The notes under the pieces are model-generated. The model did no database searches. It worked only from the letters and a program-made list of their open reading frames with translations, and was not told where the DNA came from. This document shows positions 9,624-19,228 of a DNA stretch of 64,000 nucleotides, in pieces (position 1 is the first letter of the stretch; each line of letters begins with the position of its first letter). Made by a program: the position numbers and the translations under genes. Source of the stretch: Coleofasciculus sp. B1-GNL1-01 (GTDB taxonomy: Bacteria; Cyanobacteriota; Cyanobacteriia; Cyanobacteriales; Coleofasciculaceae); NCBI GenBank assembly GCA_040220235.1, contig JAVJTO010000075.1. The stretch is one strand, 5' to 3'.

Positions 9624-10016
9624 ATGAATGCAATCCCAACCTCTCGACCCACTCGGCAACCTTTACCAACCCGCCGCAGGGTTCCTCGCCAAGAGCGTCG
9701 TCCTCGGCGGCATTCCTACTCCGTCGTGGCGGGTGAAATTACGGTTAAATTAGTGGTAAATCTGATTCTTTGTACTGCCGCGATCGCGGGATTGGCACAA
9801 CTGTTGCCCTATCATCTGTCCCAAAAGGCGAAGTTGCAAGAAGTACGATCAGAAGTGAAACGCACCCAAAGCCGGGTTCAGAAACTCCGCAATGACTTCG
9901 GCGAAGCGTTTGATCCGGCACAAGCTAGACGAGTTATGCAAGATCAAAGTTATCGGGTTGATCCAAATCAGCGTCAAGTCGTCTGGGAAGATCGGCGTCT
10001 TATGCCCGATAACTAA
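9624..10016 (+). CDS. conserved cyanobacterial TM plus coiled-coil protein (slr1601-like putative cell-division protein)
   Basis: basic N-terminus, one TM helix, LLPY then coiled coil, FDP.QA..MQ.QS.RVDP motif. Confidence 0.75.
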   Translation: MNAIPTSRPTRQPLPTRRRVPRQERRPRRHSYSVVAGEITVKLVVNLILCTAAIAGLAQLLPYHLSQKAKLQEVRSEVKRTQSRVQKLRNDFGEAFDPAQARRVMQDQSYRVDPNQRQVVWEDRRLMPDN

Positions 10017-10085
10017 ATAGGGGCTGCTGAATAAATTTTGGGGTGGGGAGAGGGAATAGGGAACAGTTTCAACCCCCAGTTGAGG
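10014..10085 (+). repeat. second copy of the TAGGG.CTGCTGAATAA dispersed repeat
   Basis: aligns with the reverse complement of 4706-4791; begins at the stop codon of the upstream gene. Confidence 0.75.
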
Positions 10086-10092
10086 TTTAAAT

Positions 10093-10797
10093 TCATGCGC
10101 TTAAGGGATCAAGTAACTCACCCATCCAGGTTTCAACTTTCTGGCGCAGGCGACCCGAGTTTCCTGACACAGGGAGTTGAGAGAGGGCGCGTTGATAGTC
10201 AGCGATCGCGCAGTTCCAGTCTCCCCGCAGATGATAGGTACGACCTCGTTCGGCATAGATGTGGTTTTGTAGGCATCCCAGGATTAAAGCCAAGTCCAGG
10301 TTTTCGATGGCGAGGTCATAAAGCCCTAGTTCCCGAAACGTGATGGCTTGGTTAATCCAAGTGCGAACATTACGCGGATTGAGATCCAATGCTTTTTCGT
10401 AATCGGCGAGTGCTTTGGCTAATTGTCCCGTAGCCGCATAGTAATTGCCACGATTATTGTAAGCACTGTCCAATTCGGGATTGAGCTGTAAGGCTCGGTT
10501 ATAATCATCTAAAGCTTTTTGACGCTGACCCATTTGGAAATAAATCAATCCTCGGTTGTTATAGTCAATGGCGTGGGTAGGATGATGTTTAATTGCCTGA
10601 CTCAAAAGCGCGATCGCACTCCTGTACTCTCCCTGTTTGGCTTTGCGTTGAGCTGAGGTGCGTAAATTTTTAATCGAAAGGTGGTCAGGGGTTCGATGGG
10701 TTAGTGTAATCGTGGGTAAAGGCTGGGGTTTCCGACGGGACATGGGAATCCATTGTCTATTCTCTTCATCGCCTTTGATAAATACATGAGCGTTCAT
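10093..10797 (-). CDS. tetratricopeptide repeat protein
   Basis: multiple YNNRG...A..DY..AL.LNP repeats; GGAGG upstream. Confidence 0.92.
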   Translation of the reverse strand: MNAHVFIKGDEENRQWIPMSRRKPQPLPTITLTHRTPDHLSIKNLRTSAQRKAKQGEYRSAIALLSQAIKHHPTHAIDYNNRGLIYFQMGQRQKALDDYNRALQLNPELDSAYNNRGNYYAATGQLAKALADYEKALDLNPRNVRTWINQAITFRELGLYDLAIENLDLALILGCLQNHIYAERGRTYHLRGDWNCAIADYQRALSQLPVSGNSGRLRQKVETWMGELLDPLSA

Positions 10798-11290
10798 AAT
10801 CGTCCTCCAACAACACCTGCGGTCTATCTACAATCAACCTTAAGTCTGGCTGCACCCCGCGAGTTGGTGTCGGTGTGTCACTTCCTGAGGCGTCTTTACT
10901 CCTCTTAATAATCACCAGCCAACCCAACGTATTGATGTTCTATGAGAAATCTACAGCACAGCTTAGCTGCTTTCCTGAAATCTTAATGAATGAAGCTGAG
11001 TCATTCCCTCTATCCTGGGTGTTGTTCACCCCGCTAGCTGTGTGAACCTACAAAAATTGGCACAATCGCAATCAGCACTCAAACCTTGATTGCCATCTGG
11101 CGATGCTCCGTCCCCCATCCTTACAGGGCTAACGGTAACATGCCAGAAATCTGCAACGTTTCTTTACATTCCCCAGCAAGTGATTGCCCAGTCTGACCCC
11201 CAGATACAGAATGTCCCGTCTAGAAGGTGGTAAAATGCAACCCAAGTAACTGATTGGTTTGGGTTGGGAATAGTTAAGGACACTGAAAAT

Positions 11291-11755
11291 ATGGCAACCA
11301 CAACAGCATTACAGAATGCTCCTGACGTTAGTGCGGATAACTATTTAGTGGTAGGGTTAGCCACCTGCTTCTTGAAACAAGAGGGTGAAGTTGAGGAGGT
11401 GAAAATCCTGGAACCGATTCCCTCGGCGGCTCTGGAGGCAGTTCTCAAAGGGATTCCGACCTCCTATTCCATGGCGCATGGCACCACACTGGGCGAGGTG
11501 ATCAGTGGTGACACCCCAGAAAAACCGCCGGAATTTCCCGCAGAGGCTCATTTTTGCGACGATTTTATCGCCCGCGCGATCGCAGCAGCTCGCACCTACA
11601 AAACTCGTCCGGAGGCACAAGCCCACATTCCCCCTGGTACAACGCGCAATGATTTCAATTACTCCATCGAACGCAAGCGGGTGCTGAATCAGATACGAGT
11701 TGTGCGTAAGGAAGACGACGTTAAACAGCACGAATACACTCACAAAGTTCTATAA
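11291..11755 (+). CDS. conserved cyanobacterial hypothetical protein
   Basis: GLATCF, EPIPSA.LE, AAARTY, VKQH.YTHKVL motifs; usually precedes a GST gene; ATG at 11291. Confidence 0.85.
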   Translation: MATTTALQNAPDVSADNYLVVGLATCFLKQEGEVEEVKILEPIPSAALEAVLKGIPTSYSMAHGTTLGEVISGDTPEKPPEFPAEAHFCDDFIARAIAAARTYKTRPEAQAHIPPGTTRNDFNYSIERKRVLNQIRVVRKEDDVKQHEYTHKVL

Positions 11756-11766
11756 CCCAAACGACG

Positions 11767-12321
11767 ATGCTGAAACTTTATGGTGGCTCCCGCAGTCGGG
11801 CGTCAATTGTCCAGTGGTATTTAGAAGAACTGGGCGTTCCCTACGACTATATACTGTTGGACATGCAAGCTGGAGAACATCACCAGCCGGATTATTTGGC
11901 GATTAATCCCATGGGTAAAGTCCCAGCTATTATGGATGAGGATTTCCAACTGTGGGAGTCGGGAGCGATTTTGCTCTACCTGGCTCAAAAATATGGCAAC
12001 CTGAACGGATTGGAGGAGCAAGCAACCATCGCTCAATGGATTTTGTTTGCCAATGCGACGCTTGGTCCGGGAATTTTTGTGGAGGCGAGTCGAGAGCGGG
12101 AAATGCCGAAATTGTTTCCCCCGCTTGAGCAACGTTTACAGAATCAACCGTTCTTGTTGGGAGATCAGTTTAGTGTCGCTGATGTGGCTGTGGGATCGTA
12201 TTTGAGTTATATCCCGATCATGTTACAGCTTGACCTGAGTGAGTACCCAGCTATCTCAGACTATATTAAACGCCTTAGTGAGCGATCGGCGTTTCAGAAA
12301 ACGATTGGCGGACGCAGCTAA
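11767..12321 (+). CDS. glutathione S-transferase
   Basis: SRASIVQWYLEEL, INPMGKVPA, LWESGAILLYL, FSVADV motifs. Confidence 0.95.
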   Translation: MLKLYGGSRSRASIVQWYLEELGVPYDYILLDMQAGEHHQPDYLAINPMGKVPAIMDEDFQLWESGAILLYLAQKYGNLNGLEEQATIAQWILFANATLGPGIFVEASREREMPKLFPPLEQRLQNQPFLLGDQFSVADVAVGSYLSYIPIMLQLDLSEYPAISDYIKRLSERSAFQKTIGGRS

Positions 12322-12499
12322 ATATATAAAGCTGTGGACTATGAATCAGGACACCCCTAACTGGAATGCTGCTGACTTAAGCTGGGTTCGTAGTAGGCAC
12401 GAAGCATGCCAGAAGCCTTCGCCTCGCTTACTACAAACTCTAAAGTCAGTGCCATTTCCCCTAACTGGGTGTCCTTGCCATAATTGATTTTAATGATAT

Positions 12500-12637
12500 T
12501 TACCGGAAACCCACAGCCGCTTGCCAAACAAAGGCTAGCAGCAAGAAAAAGACGGGGATGACTGGGAGAACGTCTACGATAGGGTCAAAGATAGAGTAGG
12601 CTTCAGGCAATTTTGCCAACAGCATGGCTGCTTCCAT
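12500..12637 (-). CDS. psbK: photosystem II reaction centre protein K
   Basis: translated by hand: [45 protein letters not shown]; absent from the ORF track. Confidence 0.98.
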   Translation of the reverse strand: MEAAMLLAKLPEAYSIFDPIVDVLPVIPVFFLLLAFVWQAAVGFR

Positions 12638-12759
12638 AGTTAAGTCTTCCTTTCTAAGCGAATTTTCAGAATTGAAATGGATCTTAACATGAACTGGGTT
12701 ACAACTGAGCTAGCTTCAGGGGGTAGGTTGGGTCTAGGGAAGAGACCCAACCTACAAAC

Positions 12760-13047
12760 CTAAACCTGAGCTGTTGCCAGTTCAGCTTCAGCCGCAACTG
12801 GATAAATGCTGACTTTCTTGCCAGATTTGCCCTTTCTCTCAAACGTCACCGTGCCATCAATCAGGGCAAATAGAGTATCATCTTTGCCACGACCAACATT
12901 AGTGCCGGGGTGAAATTTGGTACCCCGCTGACGCACTAAAATGTTACCGGCTTTGACAACTTGACCGCCAAAGCGTTTAACTCCTAGCCGCTTGGCATTA
13001 GAGTCACGACCGTTACGAGTACTACCTGTACCTTTCTTGTGAGCCAT
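12760..13047 (-). CDS. rpmA: 50S ribosomal protein L27
   Basis: [16 protein letters not shown]...[10 protein letters not shown]. Confidence 0.99.
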   Translation of the reverse strand: MAHKKGTGSTRNGRDSNAKRLGVKRFGGQVVKAGNILVRQRGTKFHPGTNVGRGKDDTLFALIDGTVTFERKGKSGKKVSIYPVAAEAELATAQV

Positions 13048-13088
13048 AGTCTCCTCTTGTTTTTAATGGTGTGAGTGGATTCCTATTC

Positions 13089-13532
13089 TTATTCTGAAGC
13101 AGTTTCCGATGTTGCTTCAGGGGCTGACTCCTCAGCCTCAGTTGGCATTACCTCCACAGGCGTCGCCGGAGTCGATGTTTCTGTGGATTCAGCGCTAGTA
13201 CCCGCTAACACTGAACCATTCATACTAATAGCATCAACCATCAGACGGGTAACTTCCTGGCGATGTCCCCGCTTTTTGCGGGTTTTCTTCTTCGGCTTCA
13301 TCTTGTAGACCAGGATTTTGCGATCGCGAAAATGTCGCATTACCGTGCCTTCAACCGTTGCTCCATCAACCCAAGGCTGACCAATGGTGACATCACCATT
13401 ATTTTCAACCAGCAACACCCGTTCAATGGTGACTTTTTCTTCGGGTTCAACGGGCAGGAGTTCAATGTCGTAAAAACGACCGGGTTCAACTCGTAGTTGT
13501 TTTCCGCCTGTCTCAATAATTGCGTAACTCAT
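13089..13532 (-). CDS. rplU: 50S ribosomal protein L21
   Basis: [12 protein letters not shown]...[12 protein letters not shown] with an acidic C-terminal tail; start set at ATG 13532. Confidence 0.98.
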   Translation of the reverse strand: MSYAIIETGGKQLRVEPGRFYDIELLPVEPEEKVTIERVLLVENNGDVTIGQPWVDGATVEGTVMRHFRDRKILVYKMKPKKKTRKKRGHRQEVTRLMVDAISMNGSVLAGTSAESTETSTPATPVEVMPTEAEESAPEATSETASE

Positions 13533-13780
13533 GGAATTGTCCTTAAATGTAGCCGTACAGGTAGCTAGCTCATTGGCGAGTTGGGAGTGAGGTATTAAGC
13601 TGTTAGGGTTCAAAGTACACCAGCGCAAGTCATGTTTAGCTTGCCGTTGTACTCACCATGACAGCTTTTGCCGTAATCTGACTCCTAGAGAGGAGCGATA
13701 AATCGCTGTCGCTCTCAGGTTTTGAGCCGCTTTTGGTATATCTTGACCTGATCCGAGCAGGAATATACACGCAATTAATC

Positions 13781-13810
13781 ATCATCTGTGATTAACCAAG
13801 GATGTGTCAA
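13781..13810 (-). promoter_or_regulatory. sigma70-type promoter for rplU-rpmA
   Basis: TTGACA-18 nt-GATGAT on the minus strand. Confidence 0.5.
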
Positions 13811-13844
13811 GTCGAGGGGTGGCTTAACAGCGATAAAAGGCGAC

Positions 13845-15854
13845 CTATTTTTTGGCAACCTTAGCATTATTCTCAAATAATTCAATGGTATTAAGAATAT
13901 TGATAGCTGAACTATAAGATTCTTCTAGTAATTCATTTTCCTCTTCTGGGGTATCCACCAAGTCATCCGCTAACAACCGGATGGAACCGAGCATGGAATT
14001 GAGCATGGTTCGGACTTCGTGAGATGCTTTCATTAAAGCAGGATTTGTGGTGGGCGTACTTTGAGGATGTTCAGCAAATTGCATCTGATACAACCGTGCA
14101 TAATATCCTCCTTTGCGTAATAGTTCCTCATGTTTCCCGACTTCCATCACACACCCTTTCTCTAAAACCGCAATTTGATCGGCGTTTTGCACAGTGGAAA
14201 GGCGGTGAGCAATAACCAGAGTTGTGCGATCGCGACTCAATTCCTCCAGCGCTTCTTGCACCAAACGCTCCGAAACCGTATCTAATGCACTCGTAGCTTC
14301 GTCCAGAATCAAGATATCCGGATTTTGTAAAATAGCGCGAGCAATGGCAAGGCGCTGACGCTGTCCTCCTGATAATAACACCCCGCGATCGCCAATCATC
14401 GTATCCAACCCTCCAGGGAGTTGTTCAATAAATTCTAAGGCATTCGCCCGTCGTGCGGCTTCGATTACATCTTTTTCGGAAGCATCTGGTCGAGCATAGG
14501 CAATATTATCGTGAACTGAGGTATTGAACAAAAAGGTATCTTGGCTAACAATTCCCATATTATTGCGGAGACTTTTAATATCAAACTCCCGCAAATCGAT
14601 TCCATCTAGGGTAATCCGTCCCGCTGTGGGATCATAAAATCGTGGTAATAAATCGGCTAACGTTGATTTGCCCGCACCTGATGCTCCCACTAACGCTAAC
14701 GTTGTCCCACGAGGTAAGTCTAAATTAACCTCTTTTAACACTACCTTGTTCGGTTGAGTCGGATAGGCAAAGGATAGCTGATGAAAATGAATTCCTTTTT
14801 TTAAGGGATGGTAAGGCTGAGAACCCGGTTTCATAAAGGGCTTATTATCTAGGCGCAAGAAGTCATGTGCCACTTCCACACTGGCTGAACTATTGGCTAA
14901 GGAACCCCTGGCTTTATTTAACTGGGAAATTAACGGTAACAGCCGTTGTAGTAAGACAAGAAAACTCAGCAATACCGCTGATAGAGCCTCGATCTGACTG
15001 GCAAAAAATATTCGTCCCATAAACACAATTCCCAGCAATCCGACAATGCTAGTCACTTCACCGACGGGTCCAATGGCTGCATTATTTGCTTGAGATCTAA
15101 AATCCGCCTTTTCGCGATCGCGGATTAACTTTCGGATTCGTTGATACTCTCTCTCATCATTACCGGTAGCTTTAACGAGCCGAATTCCGCTCAACGTTTC
15201 TAGCACAGCAATCGAATACGCTTTTGACATATTTGATAGCTGCTTACCAAATACCTTGGCACGGCTAATCGAGTATTGGTTGACTAAGGCAACAATCGCC
15301 ACTAAAACGGTTGAAGCTAATGTCAATTGCCAGGAAAGAGCCAGTAGCAAGGCGATAAACACTAGGGCATTCGTTACCGTCACCATCATATTTAGTAGGG
15401 TACTGACTTCCCCAGCGGCTCGACCAATTTCTGTACCTAGGCGATTCACAAGATCACCGACTTTCATGCGAGAGTAAAAATCGATATCTACATCAAGCAA
15501 TAATTTCACGCCAGCTTCCCGTAAATCACAGGTAATTCGGCGTCTTAACGAACTAGAGGCTAATGTACTGGCATAATTAGAAAGATTTTTTAAAATAATG
15601 AGTCCGACAATAGCTCCCGCCATTGCTACCAGCCGATAATTTTCTGGCAGGTTGTTAAAGGGAGCCATGATCGCCTGAAGAATTGGCGGACCACTCTTTA
15701 AGTCTAAATCTATCCCTAAAAGATTTAAAACGATAGGAGCAATGAGCGCTGTCCCTACACCGTTAAATAATCCACCCGATAATCCTAAGAGAACCGTTGT
15801 CGCTACTCGAGCTGGATATCGTCTAATAACTTTTGATAATAAATTGGAAGCCAT
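13845..15854 (-). CDS. ABC exporter, fused permease/ATPase (HepA/MsbA-like), with a C-terminal HisKA-like tail
   Basis: TM domain, GASGAGKST, LSGGQRQR, ILILDEATSALD, IAHRLST; extra C-terminal ASHEVRTMLNSMLG helix pair. Confidence 0.93.
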   Translation of the reverse strand: MASNLLSKVIRRYPARVATTVLLGLSGGLFNGVGTALIAPIVLNLLGIDLDLKSGPPILQAIMAPFNNLPENYRLVAMAGAIVGLIILKNLSNYASTLASSSLRRRITCDLREAGVKLLLDVDIDFYSRMKVGDLVNRLGTEIGRAAGEVSTLLNMMVTVTNALVFIALLLALSWQLTLASTVLVAIVALVNQYSISRAKVFGKQLSNMSKAYSIAVLETLSGIRLVKATGNDEREYQRIRKLIRDREKADFRSQANNAAIGPVGEVTSIVGLLGIVFMGRIFFASQIEALSAVLLSFLVLLQRLLPLISQLNKARGSLANSSASVEVAHDFLRLDNKPFMKPGSQPYHPLKKGIHFHQLSFAYPTQPNKVVLKEVNLDLPRGTTLALVGASGAGKSTLADLLPRFYDPTAGRITLDGIDLREFDIKSLRNNMGIVSQDTFLFNTSVHDNIAYARPDASEKDVIEAARRANALEFIEQLPGGLDTMIGDRGVLLSGGQRQRLAIARAILQNPDILILDEATSALDTVSERLVQEALEELSRDRTTLVIAHRLSTVQNADQIAVLEKGCVMEVGKHEELLRKGGYYARLYQMQFAEHPQSTPTTNPALMKASHEVRTMLNSMLGSIRLLADDLVDTPEEENELLEESYSSAINILNTIELFENNAKVAKK

Positions 15855-15975
15855 AGAGCGTAATTTTTGGAATTCTAGCGATTGGATTTCATTGTGTTTT
15901 AACTGGATTGTAACTGGTTAATATGGCAATTTTGCATAAGCCAAATTAAGTTAATTTAAAATTTACACTATTGGT

Positions 15976-17136
15976 CTATAAATGATTAATAACTCCAGCA
16001 AGTATTTTTGACATTTTTTCTGTACTGTAGTATTTAATACATCTTTCCCGAGCTTTTTTACCTCGCTCACTAGCATCGCTAAAGTTCTGAAATATCCACT
16101 GAATTTTATCAGCTATTTGCTCAGGAGAACTAGCATCGACTAAATAACCTGTGTCTCCTAAAATTTCTGGAATATCGCCAACGCGGGTAGATAAAACTGG
16201 CTTAGCCATTGCCATACCATCTGTCAGCTTAATTGGGAATTGGGCATGAGCTGTAATTGTATCTCGTTGAGGCACAACAACCAGATGAGCAGCGGCTACA
16301 ATTTCGGGCATTTGATCCACAGGGGTTGATGGCAGTTTAATGATCCAACGTTTGCCGTTTTCCATGAGATGCTCGATATAGCCGTCTCCAATATCTCGAC
16401 CTCCAACTAAAACCAGCCGTAAATCGGATTGATTTAATTGCTCTAGTGCCAATAAAACATCCTCAATACCCTTATGAGGACGTGCTGTACCGGGAAACAT
16501 TAGTACTCGATAACCGGACAAACCATATTTGGCTCGACTGACTTCCGGATCAAATCGCTGAGGATCAAATAGTTTCGTGTCTTTTCCATTCGGAAGATAG
16601 ATACCTCCAAAACGATGTTTGAGAAATTGCGTATCAACCGTTACAGCATTGGCTCGATTAATCAGCTTCTCCATCCACTGCAAATAGAGCCAATGATCGG
16701 GAAACCGCAGAACACCATTAGGTTTGAGTAAGTCTCTCGCCAATTGTTTGATTGTGGGATGATATTTCCGCTGACCTGCACCAAACCAACTTAACTCCCA
16801 ATCATCAATGTCTAAAATGATGGGCTGATGGGTTTGTAGGCGTTTAAATAAGGCTAGACCAAAACTTGTTGGTCGGGGTTTTACGGCATAGATGATATCT
16901 CCTTCAATTTCTTTGAGCAAATTTCTGGCTGAATGCAAAATTTGAGGATAATTATAACCCCTTACCCAATGAACAGGAAGCGTCGCAGGTGGTACAGGAT
17001 ATAGACGTTGACCGAACACAAAACCGCCAACTTTAACGTCGTAGTTAAGCTGCTGTAATACCTGCCCGAGGAGATAGGCTCTAGTCCCTCCTCCACCTGA
17101 TAAATCCGGAGCTAATATAGAAACTTTGTTGACCAC
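15976..17136 (-). CDS. glycosyltransferase family 4
   Basis: GT-B features: GTARPHKGIED, FPIKLTDGMAMAKPVLSTRVGDIPEIL. Confidence 0.93.
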   Translation of the reverse strand: MVNKVSILAPDLSGGGGTRAYLLGQVLQQLNYDVKVGGFVFGQRLYPVPPATLPVHWVRGYNYPQILHSARNLLKEIEGDIIYAVKPRPTSFGLALFKRLQTHQPIILDIDDWELSWFGAGQRKYHPTIKQLARDLLKPNGVLRFPDHWLYLQWMEKLINRANAVTVDTQFLKHRFGGIYLPNGKDTKLFDPQRFDPEVSRAKYGLSGYRVLMFPGTARPHKGIEDVLLALEQLNQSDLRLVLVGGRDIGDGYIEHLMENGKRWIIKLPSTPVDQMPEIVAAAHLVVVPQRDTITAHAQFPIKLTDGMAMAKPVLSTRVGDIPEILGDTGYLVDASSPEQIADKIQWIFQNFSDASERGKKARERCIKYYSTEKMSKILAGVINHL

Positions 17137-17199
17137 TCGTTTGAAATAACTAATTTAAAGATATGACACAGGTGACGCATTAGTAAATCTTGAGCATGG

Positions 17200-17406
17200 C
17201 TATTCCAAAAACCGCACACGACCAACCTGCCGTTCATCCAAAACCCGATTAATATAACTACGTTCCTCGTCTGTAACTTTATAGTCAGAAAGCATCGTAG
17301 TCACCAACTGAAGATACTCCCAACGGCTCAATTGACCTGTATCGAGAATCCGATCAACAATTGGGGCGATCGCGGGACTAGAGGGGCGTTGAACAGTTCC
17401 TGCCAT
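17200..17406 (-). CDS. small cyanobacterial hypothetical protein
   Basis: 68 aa, IVDRIL..GQLSR.EYLQL...LSD...T.EER..INRV.D pattern. Confidence 0.7.
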   Translation of the reverse strand: MAGTVQRPSSPAIAPIVDRILDTGQLSRWEYLQLVTTMLSDYKVTDEERSYINRVLDERQVGRVRFLE

Positions 17407-17641
17407 GGGCGGTTAGTCTTTTTTAGCGGTGACCTAGATTTTCGACTACGATAGCCTAGTTAACCGAGGTTCGTCATCTCAAGCTGAGTGAGTGGCAGTA
17501 GAGATAGGATGAAGGTTAAAGGCTCTTGAGTATTTCCATTCTAATCTAATGCCTATTGACACGATTTGCCATTGAGGTGGTTTATCTGTCGAATAGGGAA
17601 AATGATTGATAGCAGACTTTTCTGAGGAAGAACGATTCAAT

Positions 17642-18415
17642 ATGCAAGTCCATCGACTACCAGCCCTTTCAGATAACTATATCTTTTTGCTGCATGAACC
17701 CAAACAGAATATTGCTGCTGTGGTTGATCCAGCCGAGGCTCAACCTGTATTACAGCATCTGGAAAAACTAGATGCCGAGTTAGTAACAATTTTTAACACT
17801 CATCATCATTGGGATCATGTGGGTGGAAATCAAGAATTAATTCAGCGATACCCTGATGTCTGTGTCTATGGGGGAACCCAAGATCGGGGCAGAATTCCGG
17901 GACAACAGGTATTTTTACAAGAGGGAGACAAGGTTCAGTTTAGCGATCGCACGGCTGAAGTCTTTTTTGTTCCCGGTCATACGAGCGGACATATTGCCTA
18001 CTATTTTCCCCCTGTCACCAGCGATGATGTGGGTGAATTATTCTGTGGTGACACCATATTTGCCGGAGGATGTGGCAGGCTTTTTGAAGGGACACCCAAG
18101 CAAATGGTTGATTCCTTGAGTAAGCTGCGAAGGTTACCGGACAACACCCATGTCTGGTGCGCCCATGAATACACCCTAAAGAATCTTAAATTTGCCCAAA
18201 CCGTTGATCCCAACAACCCAGACCTGCAAAGCCGTTATACTGACGTTGAAGCAGCTCGTCGTCGAAAAGAGGCAACAGTCCCCTCCTTACTGGGCGTCGA
18301 AAAACTGACGAATCCTTTTTTGCGCTGGGAACAACCGACACTCCAAGAAGCAGTTAAGAGTACAGAACCCGTGCAAACCTTTGCCCGATTGCGGGGAATG
18401 AAGGATCAGTTTTAA
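17642..18415 (+). CDS. gloB: hydroxyacylglutathione hydrolase (glyoxalase II)
   Basis: [47 protein letters not shown]. Confidence 0.97.
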   Translation: MQVHRLPALSDNYIFLLHEPKQNIAAVVDPAEAQPVLQHLEKLDAELVTIFNTHHHWDHVGGNQELIQRYPDVCVYGGTQDRGRIPGQQVFLQEGDKVQFSDRTAEVFFVPGHTSGHIAYYFPPVTSDDVGELFCGDTIFAGGCGRLFEGTPKQMVDSLSKLRRLPDNTHVWCAHEYTLKNLKFAQTVDPNNPDLQSRYTDVEAARRRKEATVPSLLGVEKLTNPFLRWEQPTLQEAVKSTEPVQTFARLRGMKDQF

Positions 18416-18419
18416 CCCA

Positions 18420-18447
18420 GTAGAGACGTAGCATGCTACGTCTCTAC
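18420..18447. repeat. GTAG REP palindrome GTAGAGACGTAGCATGCTACGTCTCTAC
   Basis: perfect 28-bp palindrome; identical copy at 19011-19038, variants near 29780 and 44917. Confidence 0.9.
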
Positions 18448-18542
18448 ACCAGGAGTTGCACTCGGATAGCAAATTTTCGTATGATTGAAATTCTGAGTGA
18501 GCATCAGTATCTAAGTTAAATAGCCCGTACCCAAAAAAGACA

Positions 18543-19001
18543 ATGGCAAAACGTGTACAGTTAGTTTTAAATCAAGACGTTAGGAAACTAGGCAAATCCG
18601 GCGAACTGGTAGATGTCGCTCCTGGCTATGCTCGTAATTATTTAATTCCCCATGGGATTGGAACATTAGCCACTGCTGGTATTCTCAAGCAAGTTGAGCG
18701 GCGCAAAGAACAAGAGCGACAACGTTTACTCGAAGAAAAGCAGCAAGCTGAAGCCCGTAAGACAGCATTAGAAACCATAGGTCGCTTTACCATCCGTAAG
18801 CAAGTGGGTGAACAAGAGGCAATCTTTGGTACGGTTACAGCAGCTGATGTAGCAGAAGCCATTCAAGAAACCACAAACCAAGAGGTAGATCGTCGGGGAA
18901 TCACGCTTCCCGATATCAGCAAGCTCGGTTTCTACAAGGCACAAGTCAAACTGCATCCAGAAGTTACGGCGGTTATAGAAATTCACGTTGCTCCGATGTA
19001 G
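18543..19001 (+). CDS. rplI: 50S ribosomal protein L9
   Basis: [33 protein letters not shown]. Confidence 0.99.
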   Translation: MAKRVQLVLNQDVRKLGKSGELVDVAPGYARNYLIPHGIGTLATAGILKQVERRKEQERQRLLEEKQQAEARKTALETIGRFTIRKQVGEQEAIFGTVTAADVAEAIQETTNQEVDRRGITLPDISKLGFYKAQVKLHPEVTAVIEIHVAPM

Positions 19002-19010
19002 CATTCTAGT

Positions 19011-19100
19011 GTAGAGACGTAGCATGCTACGTCTCTACTCCGGATGTAGGGGCAGGTTTTACCGATAACGTTTTGGCAATGTCTTGACTAAACCCGCCCG
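19011..19100. repeat. REP palindrome plus GTAGGGGCAGGTTT...AAACCCGCCC inverted repeat
   Basis: identical to 18420-18447, followed by a second GTAG-type inverted repeat. Confidence 0.85.
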
Positions 19101-19228
19101 TCTAGGGGAACAAAGACAGAGGAAATTAAATTAGAGTTTCCTGCGAGTAGTATTAACCTTACCGCCCTCTGCTCCTCCGCTCCCCTGCTCCCCTACCCTC
19201 TGCCTTGTTGTACTCGCTATCTCTGGCG

